From: Camelus ferus
Lineage: Eukaryota
Assembly (NCBI RefSeq): GCF_009834535.1
Contig: NC_045697.1
Coordinates: 118,918,001 to 118,982,000, forward strand
DNA: 64,000 nt
Direction: 5' to 3'
This document shows positions 50,166-61,850 of the stretch, one piece after another. Each line of letters begins with the position of its first letter. Position 1 is the stretch's first letter. The notes below the pieces were generated by a model, which ran no database searches, was not told the DNA's origin, and was given only the letters and a program-made list of their open reading frames with translations. The position numbers were made by a program, and so were the translations under genes.

Positions 50166-52794
50166 AAAACAGAAGCAGCCTCACTGGGACAGCCAGGGTA
50201 CAAAGGAGGCCAGAACCCACCACAAAAAGGGCACTGCATCACATTCTCAAAGCCAGGAGAAATGGCTGTTTTCTTTGGGGGAGGAAAACAGAAATTTGGG
50301 AGGAATGGCGGGGAGTGGCTGTGTGCGATCCTATCTGTGTCAGTGCCCTCTTCCGCCCTGACACCCATCGGCTACCCTGGAAGCTAAGAAAGCAAAGGAT
50401 GGGTTCTCCATGACAGTGTCCACTCAGGAAGCACCTCATTTGGCATGTGGATATTGAAGGCGCCTTTTACTTAAAAGGTGCTCATGTCATCCTTGAGCTG
50501 ACTTTCCAGGGGCTTTTGTTTTGGTAACAAATGGAGCTGCAAGGCCCAGGTGGTAAGCAGAGCGTGGTGCGTGGCCAGGCCCCTCAGGACCACCTGCCGG
50601 GTACCTTTCCACAGACATCCTGGCACCAGATGCGCATGGCAGCCTTGAGACTATGAGCCCCTGTGCACTATGGGAGACAAGTGAGGTACAGGTGAGGCCA
50701 CTGCTACATCTACTTAGCCCAGAATTCACACAAGGCAGGAGGAAAGGCGGGGCTCCACTCACTGCACAGGGCCTGCCCTGCATCTCAAATAGGAGAGGTA
50801 CCAGCCACAGACCCACCACAGGACACGGGTGGCCACAGGTGGCTTCCCTAACACAGAGCTAAGGCAGTGGACACAGGCCCATAAAATGCCCTCCAAAGTA
50901 GGACTCTAGGGCCAAATACACTAAAGAAATGCCACTTGATAATATGCCTTTCTTAGATGGTTGCAATGAAGATGAGCTTATTCAAGGCTCTGAGGAATCC
51001 TACAGCCAACCAGCTTAACTCAGAGCTTCCCAAACTTACTTGGCCAACAGCTGAGTCCCTGCGGGTGCAGAATGACCTTCAACATTCCTGGAAACACTGT
51101 CTTCCCCGAGGCATGCTACCTGCCTGACCTCACTCTACTGACAGTAACTCTAGGAGGTGAGCGTGACTATTACCCCATTAGACAGATGAAGACCATGAGG
51201 ATCCAGAAGAATGTGCACTCAAGGACAGGGATCTAGACTCTACCTCTTGAAGAGAGGCGTGCCAGAGAGTTTCCATTCGTATTTTAAAACCACTCCGTCC
51301 CCTCTCTCCCTTGATTGCACCTCTTAAACTCCGAGATGGAGCCTAGTTCCTTCTAGCTTTTCATCCCTTGACATTAGCAATTTCCTCGTCCAAAAAGCCA
51401 GTTGGAATTTGATTATTTGTTACTTGCAGCCAAAGGATTTCTTAACAGATTTTTAAAGAGATTATTATGACACAATGTGACAAGTGCCTTAATCAACATA
51501 CTCACAGTTTTCTGCTGAGACAGAAAAAAGAGAGAGAGAAAATCAGCTAGCTTGGCTTGTGGGAGGATCACGAAAGGTGATCCTAGAACAAAATCCCCAA
51601 AGAAGGTTTGTCCCCCAGACAGCAAGGTGGGGAAGCATGAACCATGACAGGAGCAAAGCGCTGTGAAGCATTTACTAGGTGTAATACCTTCAGATACATC
51701 CCTCTGATGAGAAAACAGACTGAGACAGGTTACATACCTTGCCCAAGGGACATCACTGCTGATTGGCTGGGCCAGAATTTGAGCCTGGGCCTGTTTTATG
51801 TCAAAGCCCCAACAAGTACGCCCACAGTATGCTACCTCATCGCCAAGCACCCAGCCACAAAACGGACACCTGCTGCTTCTGTGAACAGACACCCCTTCAG
51901 TGCCCCAGAGCTGTGGCTTTTCCCGGATTTAGTAAGAAGGATCTAATTCTGGTGGCACCAGAGGCTGTGACAGCGGGAGGAAAGGTCCTGAGAACCTTCT
52001 GAGAGCTCTGCACTTGAGCCTAGAAGGCGTCTTCCACAGGCACAGGTTCTCTGAGCTTTTCGGGACTGTGAGATCTTCCATTCCAACTATTACTTAAAGA
52101 GCTTCTGTGATTTTTATTATATTCTCAATGCCCAAGTTTCACCCCACTCTCACTGAATTTTACTGCATAATTTCAGTGTCTTCATTTAACTCTGTGCTGG
52201 AAAAAAAAAAAAAAAGGCAGGAAATTTAGAAAAACAAGACCCATGCTGAAGTTCTGCTCCACCACTTGCTAACCTGGGGAACATCTCTCACTCCCAGTTA
52301 CTTGGTTATTTGATCCTACACAAATTAACAGCGCTTGGTTTCCTCAGCTGGGAAATAAGGGTAATACTTCCAACCTTGTATGACTTGGAGGATTCAATGA
52401 GCTAACGACTGGTCCACAGAAGGTTCCAGAGGCCTATCAGTTCCTACCTTCAATCCCTACAGTCTTTTCTTCTTACTTTCTCAAAGACTGTGTCAAATGA
52501 AAGGCAAATGATCTTCTCAGTTTGACTCATCCAGAGTTCCCCACACAAGGGCAATGTTAAAAATGGTTAACAACCGATGCCACACAGGCATCATCAATCA
52601 TGCTACAGATAATCGATCAAAGGCCAAATTAACAGTCAAGACTGCTTAAGTATTTTTCCTGTTCCTGACAAAGTAAAGGAATTCTCCCTCCTGACTCTAC
52701 ACTCCCCACCAACAAATGAAAACTGGCCGCCAGGGGAGACGATGACACTGGCACACACAGTTACAAATAGGGGACAAAGCACAAGCCAAAGAAT

Positions 52795-53070
52795 AATAAT
52801 AGCCTGAACCAAACCGTAAGCCGGGCCAGCACGCACTGGGTATTAGCCGTGTGCCAGCACACACCCAGCGCTTCACACGCACGTGCTTCCTTCACGCTCA
52901 TAACCATCCCACGGAGCAGGTGTGACCATTATCTCTATTTTTCAGAGGAGAAAACTCAGACCTAGAGAGGATAAGCAAATTGCCCAAAGCCACAGGGAGA
53001 CGGTAAGTGACAGGGCCAGGACAGCAGCATGGGTCTGCCTGACACCAAAGCCTGTAACCATAGCCATTAG
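52795..53070 (-). mobile_element. MIR SINE
   Basis: 'ctatttttcagaggagaaaactcagacctagagagg..ttgcccaaagccacagg..gtaagtgacagggccagga' is the antisense MIR core. Confidence 0.75.
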
Positions 53071-53206
53071 GCTCTATCGCCTGGCTTTTTCCATGATTAG
53101 AAGCTGAGGCTTTTACTTCCCCCCTCCCCACCCCATGGCTGGACACCTGCGTCTCAGATCACACGAACTCTTCACAGAGGCAGCCCCAATCCCCCATCGA
53201 TGCCTG

Positions 53207-53650
53207 TGTCTTAGGTCAGGTTCCAAACAGGCAGACCTCAAGACAAGGATTTGGGTGCATGTGACTTATTAGTGAAGTGCACCCAGAAGAAATCAGTAAA
53301 GGACAGAGAGAAGCAGGTCAGAGAAGGGCAGGAAGCTACACAAGGGTGTGATCGCAGACAAAGGCCCCACCAAGGGTAGCATCATCCTGATTCTATAGGA
53401 GCAGAAGTTGCATCTCAGGGTGGTCCTGATCCAAGACAGGAGAGCTCCACCAGGAGAATGGTGAGGATGTAAACTGTAGATTCCCAGGAACCTTCGGGCT
53501 CTCTGTGAACTTGAGAGTAACCTAAGGGCAATTCTCCAAAGGAGAGAGAAGAGACAAAAGCACTGGCCTTTGAAAACATACCCAGTGGTCTCCGGGGTAG
53601 AAGGTCGGGGTGAGCAATGAAATATTAAGAAGGATCCCAAAGGAACTGAG
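53207..53650 (-). mobile_element. Ancient ERVL-class LTR (LTR16/LTR33-like); boundaries approximate
   Basis: 'tgtcttaggtcaggttcc..gcagacctcaagacaaggatttgggtgcatgtgacttatt'. Confidence 0.55.
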
Positions 53651-54994
53651 ACAGATCTCAAAGCTGCTGCAGGTGGGGCTGATAGACCCTGATCTGTTGA
53701 AGTCTGTCAGCCATCATGACCGTATCGTCCTTGAGCTGTGCTGGGAACAAGGAGGTGGAGAGCAGACAGCTTTCGGGCAGAGAGGTCCTGGCTGCGCCAG
53801 ACAAGAATGTCTCCTCTCTCTGAGGCAGGGACAACTCTGGGTCAGGACAGCACATAGGGCTCCTCACTCAGTGAGTGGGTGCTGAAGGACCAGCCAAAGC
53901 AGACTGGTAAGTGTGGGTGCTTTTAGGCAGGCACCCTGAGACTGCAGTCAGACTGGGGGGCTGGTATTGCTGACTTTGACTTTATTTTTACAAGAAGAAC
54001 TGACTTCTATGTCTACACTGTGGCCTTAGGATAAAACATTCAGGCATCTCTCTTGGTGAGTAGTTCTGGATTTCTGTGACAAAAGAAATCTTCCATTATT
54101 CAAAAAAATAAAAAGACTTGACAACTCTGCTATGTGATTTCAGTGTCACATTTCTACACATTATGGACCTCAACTCTTATGAAAAGACAATAGAAAAAGG
54201 GGGAAAACTTAGCAAACTTGAAACTAAACTCAGAATTGCTTCATTATTATTAGTGAAGAATCACGCTCAATTCACATGAATGAATTGAAAATATCAAGCT
54301 TAACTACTAATTAACCTTCAATCGATGCTTTAAGTAAATTTTACCATAGTTGCTTTCCAAAGCAAAAATATATTAAATGTATAATATATATACATTTAAT
54401 GTTATATATCTTTCCTATACTGTGATTAATTGAACATATTTTGTAATTTTCCAAACTTGCTGTTCTTTAAAATGACATTACAGCTGGGGACGGTGAGGGG
54501 GACTATCCCAGCTAAGTCCAGCCAGGTCACACTGAGACTGGCAACATCCTAAGAGCTGATGAACTCATAGCTGCTACCCTGCTTGTCCAGGAGAAAAAAA
54601 AATCTGTCTGGGAGGTGCTCATCTCAGGGCTCAAGTAAGCATCCCCGGGTTCATCCTGGTCTCTGCCTCAGCTGGCCAGGTGTAAACAGCTAGAGCCCAA
54701 ATCCAGATTACATGCAACAAGGTGCTCAGCTCACATCCTAGTCACCAAGACCTGAACGGCTAGTTATTCTTTCTTCTCTAGAGTGGGGAGGGGATCCTCC
54801 CCTACAATCCTGCGTCCCCACCACTTGGTACATCACTGAGACCTGGGGAGCCCAGGGGGTCATTATGGAAGAGCTGCCGTGTGCCGGAGCCTCCAAGAAA
54901 TACTTTGCAGGCATGATTATTACATCTTCACAATGACCCTGAGAGACTGGCATCGCAGGGACCATTAATGCATGCTAAATCCATGTGATCCTCA

Positions 54995-55550
54995 ACATTC
55001 CCCAGCCTCCCTTGCAGCTAGTTTGGGGAAATTAGACTGAATTTTAGCCAATGGACTACAGGTGGACATAACGAATGCCACTTCCAAGCCTACCTCCTAA
55101 AGCCAAAGTCAGCAAATGCTTTCCGTAAAGGGCCAGGAAGTAAATAGTTAGGTTTTACAGACCATGTAGTGACTGTCACAACTACTCAACTCTGCCACTG
55201 TAGGGCAAGAGCAGCCACTGACAATGAGCAAAGGGTGTGCCTGTTCCAATACAATTTTATTGACAAAAACTGGCCAGAGACCACAACTGCCTCCCGGGTG
55301 TAGTTTTGCTGACCCCTGCCCTCAAAGATCCCACTAAAGTTTGTTTAAGGCAGAGAAGGCAGCTTTAGGAGATGGCAGAGCCACCACATGGAAGAGCCTG
55401 GCTCCCTGAGTCACTGCTGTGAGGGGCCACCTAGCCTGACTGTACATCACAAGTACTGTGATGGAAGCAAGAAATAACGTCTACTGTGTTGAACCACAGA
55501 GACTTGGGGGTTGTTCGTTACAGCCTCTTGCATTAATTTACCTGATGAAC
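54995..55550 (+). mobile_element. MLT1 (H/I/J-like) LTR split by a MER58 insertion
   Basis: 'cattccccagcctcccttgcagctag..ttttagccaatgg' lies before the insertion and 'gatggcagagccacc..gagcctggctccctgagtcactg..agaaataa..gttgttcgttacagc' after it. Confidence 0.7.
55103..55318 (+). mobile_element. MER58A-like hAT-Charlie DNA transposon
   Basis: 'gtcagcaaatgctttccgtaaagggccag..caactactcaactctgccactgtag..gttccaatacaattttatt..tttgctgacccctg'; TSD-like tcctaaag / ccctcaaag. Confidence 0.85.
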
Positions 55551-55844
55551 AAGGTAGGTTTAACTGTTCTTTATATATATATAATGAATTGTCCACCTCT
55601 ACCTACCCAGGTCACTGGCTCTGTCTGCTTCTGGAGGAGGCTGTGATTTAATGACAGCTCACCAAGTATGGATGCAACTAAGTGTATGAACTGGACAAGA
55701 GCCAGTGCATACACACAGCACTATGGCTTGCTCTGCACCACTGGCCTTGGAGAATTGTTCCTTTTGACAGCTGAGAAAAATGACACTCAGAGAGGGAAGT
55801 TATCCTCCCAAGCTTACAAAGTAAAGAAGTAGTTGAGCCAGGTC

Positions 55845-55958
55845 TGGGATGACCAACTCATCCCAGTTTGCTAGAACTTTCCTGGTCTCAGCACTGAGAA
55901 GTGCCACACCCCGGGAAACACCTCTGCCCTGGATAAACAGGGCTAGCTGGTCACCTAG
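55845..55958. mobile_element. MER81-like hAT MITE inserted in a MIR
   Basis: Terminal inverted repeats 'gggatgaccaact' ... 'agctggtcaccta'. Confidence 0.65.
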
Positions 55959-57601
55959 CACAGGTCTGTCTGGCTCCAAAGCCCATTCTTATCAGGAAGG
56001 AGACTATGGGAGGCCCCACCTGGCTCGGCCTGACCCCTGCTGGGAGGCCTCCCCGGCCGGCGCCCATTCCAAGTGTGACAGACCTGCAAAGGGAGTGTGG
56101 AACTGTGTCATCTCCCCCAGGCCCCAGGCCTTCTCCCTGAAGGCAGAGAGTTGGGCATGAATTTTAAATACACACTAGCCCGAGTGAGGAGGTCAGCCCT
56201 GACATCTACAAAATGGCACTAAATCCTGCTTTCATGAGCTCTGGCTGCACCCTGCTAAGTGTTTTATCACACTCACTGGAAGTTTACTGAGGAGCATTAA
56301 TAACCCAAAAACTGGATGGAGGAGACGTGGAGTCCCCAGCGGTAACTTGGGAGGAGCTGTTAGCACTCGTGCCACGGATGCATGCCCCTCCACTTCTCTG
56401 TGCTCCGCTCTGCCCAGGACCTGCCCCCTCCTTCACTTTTCCTGCCATCCAACAGTCCTACCAGCTGCTCAGTGCCCAAGCTCAGGCTGAGCTCAGGTGA
56501 TTGGGGAAGGACTCTCTGAGAGGGTGACATCTGGGCTGAAACCTGAAGGTTGAGAAGAAGCTGGTCATTCCAGAAACAAGGGGAAAAGTGTCTCTGGGAG
56601 AGGGAACAGCGTAAGCAAAGACCCTGAATCCTATGACACTCTAGGCAGAGAAGGCTTTCCTGAGGAGCACAAGAGAAGGCCAGGACAAATCCTCAAACAA
56701 TCACAGTCTAGAAGAGATGGACAGAGGAAGGGACACCCCAAAAGGAGACCAGTACAGAACAGTCAAGAGAGGTCGAAGGGAAAAACAGGCAGAGGGGAAC
56801 CATAGGCGCTCAGGAAGGAAGCATCTCAAGAAGAAAGAATCAGTGGCATCAGATACTATAGAAAAGCTGAGAAGGAAAGCAAAGAAAGGGGTCCCTTAGC
56901 TTTGGCAATGGCAATGTCACAAATATTTACTGTGTGCCTACTATGGACCAGGCTTTGGACTAAGCTCCAGGGAAGCAAAGACAAAATAAAACATATGGGT
57001 GGAGGAGGACAAAGAAATACTCAAATAATTACTATCACATGTGTTCAGTGCTACGGGATCGCAGAAGAGGGGCAGAGTAACTCAACCTGGAAATGTGAGG
57101 GGACTTTTGAGAGGAAGGCACATTTAAGTTGGGTTGTGAAGGGTGAATAGGAGCTTACTAGATAGGTGGGGAGACAGGAAACATCAGGGGCAAAGACATC
57201 AGAGTGACACGTTAAGGAATGCAGGAGGTCCCTGACCTGGGAGAGCTGGGGAGGTGAGGCTGAGGTGAAAGGGAAGGAGTAAATGGCCTCTTAGGCCCTG
57301 CCAAGCAGTTTGGGTTTATTCTCCAGGCAACAGGGGGGCGTGGAGGGAGACCGCATCAGACATGCACTTTAGAAAACAGTCTCCAGCTGTGGATCACCCC
57401 CCATTTTGACACTAACCCCCTGAGTGACCTTGGACAAGTCCCTTCCATGCTCTGGGCCTCAGTTTTACCCACTTTGAACTGGGGAGAAGAGACCATCCCC
57501 TCCAGTTCTCGTAATCTGAGAGTCCTGTGGTAATTCTCAGAGTCAGCTGTTCTGAAAGGACTTTTGGGGCTCAATATCATTAAAATTAAAAGTATATAGA
57601 T

Positions 57602-60050
57602 GTACAAGATCCAACTCGGCTTTAGTGAAAATTGCATTAACTTCAAACTGGAACTAGGAAACATACTGAGAAACCAGAGTAAGTAGTGCAGTTTCCAACT
57701 GAAAAGAAACTGTGTGTTCCCAGCAAGCTAGGTTAATTACGGCTTTAACACACACTTAACTCTCAGAACTGAGCATTTGGAGACATGTTTTTTTCATATA
57801 GCTTAAAGAGTATAGGTAGCACTAAAAACACTTACTCTGGGTTCTCAGTAGTGTTTAACACCGCCGGTTTGAATTTCATGCAGTTTTCCCTGTAAAACCG
57901 ATTTGGAGCTTGTACTTCCCCATATATATTTATTTAGTGTTGTTCCTCAATGAAAACAAACTATGTGATCATAAGAAGCTAGGTGATTTAAGGCTTTCAC
58001 ACACATTCAATTCTCAGAACTGAGAATTTGGGGAGGCGTTCGTTCATCTAGCATAAAGGGAATGGATTGCAGTAGAAACACTTACTCTGGTTTCTCAGTA
58101 CGTTTCCTAGTGCCGGTTTGAAGTTCATGGAGTTTTCACTGTAAAACCGAGTTGGAGTAAGTAACTCCCCATATATATGCATGTAGTGTAGTTCCCCACT
58201 CAAAAGGTAACGTTTGTTTCCAACAAGCTAGGTGATTGTCGGCTTTCACACACACTTAATTCTCAGAATTGAGCATTTGCAGAGACGTTCATTCATCTAG
58301 CATAAAGAGAATAGGTAGCAATATAAACACTTACACTGGTTTTTCAGTATGTTTCCTAGTGCCCGTTAGAAGTTCATGAAGTTTTCACTGTAAAACCGAG
58401 TTGGAGCTAGGACCTTCCCATATATATGTCTGTAGTTTATTCTCCCGCTCAAAAGGAACTGTGTGTTCCCTACAGCTAAATGATAGATGGTTTTCGCTCG
58501 CATTAACCTCTCAGAACAGAGCATTGTACAGGCATACTTTCATCTAGCACAAAGGGAATGGGTTGCAGTAGAAACACTTTCTGTGTTTTCTTAGTATGTT
58601 TCCTAGTGCTGGTTTGAATTTCCTGCAGTTTTCACTGTAAAATCCAGTTGGAGTTAATACCTTCCAATATAAATGTATGTAGTGTACTTTCCCACAGAAA
58701 AGAAACTGTGTTTTCCCATCAAGCTAGGTGATTGACGGCTTTCACACACAGTTATCTCAGAATTCAGCATGTGGAAAGACATTCGTTCATCTAGCATAGA
58801 CAGAATAGGTATCACTACGTAGACTTACTCTGGTTTCTCAGTATGTTTCCTAGTACCGGTTTGAAATTCATGCAGTTTTCACTGTAAAACCTACTTCGAG
58901 CTAGTATCTCCCCATATATATGTATGGAGTGTATTTCCCCACTCAAAAGAAACTGTTTTTTCCCTACAAGCTAAGTGATAGATTACATTTGGACATATTC
59001 AACCCTCAAAACTGATCATGTGGAGAGGCGTTTGTTCAACTAGGATGAAGGGAATTGTTTGCAGTAGAAACACTTACACTGGTTTCTCAGTACGTTTCCT
59101 CGTGCCAGTTTGATGTTCATGCAGTATTCACCGTAAAATAGAGTTGGAGCTAGTACCTCCCCATATATATTTATCTAGGGTAATTCCGAACTCAATAGAA
59201 ACTGTGTTTTCCCAACTAGCTATGTAATTGACGGTTTTCACACATTCAGCTCTCAGAATTGTGCATATGTGGAGGCGTTCCTTCATCTAGCTTAAAGGGA
59301 ATGGCGAGCAGTAGAAAGGATTACTCTGGTTTGTCAGTATGTTTCTTAGTGCCGGTTTGAATTTCATGCAGTTTTCTCTGTAAAACCGAGCTGGAGCTAT
59401 TACCTCCCCATATATATGTATGTAGTTAGTTCCGCACTCAAAAGAAACTGTGTGTTCCGTACAAGCTAAGTGATATATGGTTTTCGCTCGCATTAAAATC
59501 TCAGAACGGAGCATGTGGACAGGCTTTCATTCGTCTAGCATAAAGGGAAATGTGTTGCAGTAGAAATAATTACTCTTGTTTCTTAGTATGTTTCCTAGTG
59601 TCGGTAAATTTCCTGCAGGTTTCACTGTAAAACAGAGTTGGAACTAGTACCTCCCCATATATATGAATGTAGTGTAGTTCCCCACTCAAAAGAAAATGTT
59701 TGTTTCCAAAAAGCTAGGTGATTGTTGGCTTTCACACACACTTAACTCTCAGAATTGAGCATTTGCAGAGACGTTCGTTCACCTAGCATAAAGAGAATAG
59801 GTAGCACTATAAACAGTTAAGCTGGTTTTTCAGTATGTTTCCTAGTACCGGTTAGAATTTCATGCAGATTTCACTGTAAAACTGATTTGGAGCTAGTACC
59901 TCCCCATATATATGTATGTAATGTTGTTTCCCACTGAAAAGAAACTGTGTGTTCCCAACAAGCTAGGTGATTGACGGCTTTCACACACATTCAACTGTCA
60001 GAATTGAGCATGTGGAGAGGCGTTCGTTCATCTAGCATAAAGGGAATGTG
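57602..60050 (+). repeat. Satellite array of ~248-bp monomers (~9.5 copies, 57685-60050) preceded by an inverted partial monomer (57602-57684)
   Basis: The AAGCTA(G/A)G anchor recurs at ~57725, 57976, 58225, 58473, 58721, 58968, 59217, 59463, 59711 and 59960 (spacing 246-251 bp). Shared motifs: ctcagaa, catctagcataaag, cttactctggtttctcagtatgtttcctagt, gttttcactgtaaaaccgagttggagct, ccccatatatatg. Confidence 0.97.
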
Positions 60051-61326
60051 AAAGCGATGATCATGGCCTGTGCTGGTAGGAAAACAGCAAAGGGAGCACT
60101 AATTTAGAGCCTTTATATTTATGGTCAGCATACATGACAGAATTTCATTTTCAGCAGAAGATTTCTTTTTTTTAATGTACAGAAAACTTAATTCTTTCCT
60201 GTAACTGGATATAGATAGTGAATGTCTTAGAGTCTTTGAGCAACTGCTTTAAAGTAGAATACTTACTTTGCTTTTGGTCTTTAACCTAAGGGAGTATCCA
60301 GAAGTCCAGTGGCAGTTCAGAAGCAAGGGCCCGAACCTTGCCTATTACATTTTTAAGTACAGTAAGAGTAACTGTAGACTAGGTTACTGTGGATAATTCA
60401 AGAGCTGCTTGGATATGTTTTATATAAGTTATATTTTCAAAAAGTATAAATATCATGAAAATCAATCAACCTTGGAGATCTATTTGGTATAATTTAATCT
60501 TTTATAATGTAGATTTAAATAGCCCTTTAGTTTCTGTAACACTTATGAATATTAGTTTGCTTTATATAACTCCTTCATAGATAAATGATTTAAAAATTGG
60601 CTTTTTTTTTATCATTTGCTTCTTTAAAATAGGATATTAATTGCACAATATGTATTTTCCTTCAACTTCATACTTTTTTCCCTATACTATCTTGACTTAC
60701 TTAGATAAGTTAACCTATATTCTGATTTATTTTAAACACTCAGTATGTGCTTCTGTCTGTTGCTTTATTAGAGAGCAGGAATTCTTTATTAATTTTAATA
60801 AAATATACTTGCAGGAAACTATACTGGGATTCTTTCATTCACAGAGTCAAGCAATGATACCTGTTTTGTTAGATCAAGTGTCTAAGCCTCTGAACTTCCT
60901 AAAGATTACATGGACAAAGTTAAAAAAGTCATAAATGTTCGACTAACAAAGTTTATTGTGTTCCTTGATTAAAAGTATAAATATGGGTCAGTCTTAAATT
61001 CGGATGTAAAGCTCTTATGAATTACATGAGTCTTCTCCAAAATTCTTTAATTTGGGCTTTAAACCCTCCAGTAAACAACTGGCTTGAAGGAAGAAGAAAG
61101 TCGAGAATAGATTCAATCCAAATTCTATGGAATAAACAAAGCTAAATGTTTCAGTAATTTTTTGAAGCAGAACAGATATGTTTTCTGCACCATATGATTT
61201 TAATAGTATTCATCTGAACATACGGTTTAGACACCATGAGACCACACACCAACAAACAAGATCTCAGGCAAAGCAAGAAAAACAACTGAGGGGATTTTCT
61301 GCTGCAAAATTTCCCCTAACTAGAAC

Positions 61327-61850
61327 TGTAATCGAGAACAAATCTGATGCCATATTGGATCTGTTCCTTCAGTTTGAAGCACTGTGCCCTGTTTTCCAGG
61401 CTTAATCTTGCTGGCTCTGCACCTTTTGTAAAACAACGTTGCCTTTAGCCTAAAACCTACAGGAAAGCCTATTCTCGGGGCTCTGACCTTTAAGGATGTT
61501 AGCACTTCTGCACTTACGCAGAGATGGCAAGTTGCAAAATAGAGAATTACCTTTGTTTTGTTGGAGGCTTACAGGGACACCATAGCCTGACCCACATGGA
61601 CGGCTGCAAGAGCAAAGAATGCCGGCAGCAAGAAGTTTGCACAACCAACCACACCCCCTCCCCTTTTTAGTTCAAAAGGACCCTGAATTCTGACTTGGGA
61701 AAGATGATTCTCCAGGACATTAGTCCCCCATCTTCTTGGTCTGCCAGTTTTCTGAATAAAGTTACTATTCCTTGCCCCAAAACCTTGTCTCCTGATTTAT
61801 TTATTTATCACTGTTGTGCAGTGAGCAGAACAAGTTTGGCCTCGGTAACA
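61327..61850 (+). mobile_element. ERV1-class solo LTR (524 bp)
   Basis: TG...CA ends with imperfect inverted termini tgtaatcgag / ctcggtaaca, a 4-bp TSD GAAC (61323-61326, 61851-61854) and an internal AATAAA at ~61755. Confidence 0.9.

Noticed and set aside
54372..54400. 12-bp AT-rich hairpin; also a 16-bp palindrome at 45097-45112
   Set aside because: Expected by chance in A/T low-complexity sequence.
57685..60050. CRISPR array or CENP-B boxes in the tandem repeat
   Set aside because: Whole monomers repeat with no unique spacers and the DNA is mammalian; 'gttcgttcatctagc' has TTCG but lacks the A..CGGG core of a CENP-B box.
57585..60979. 12-bp direct repeat attaaaagtata (57585, 60968) as a TSD around the satellite
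   Set aside because: AT-rich low-complexity word with a similar copy at ~60440; it lies 900 bp from the array end and there is no poly(A).
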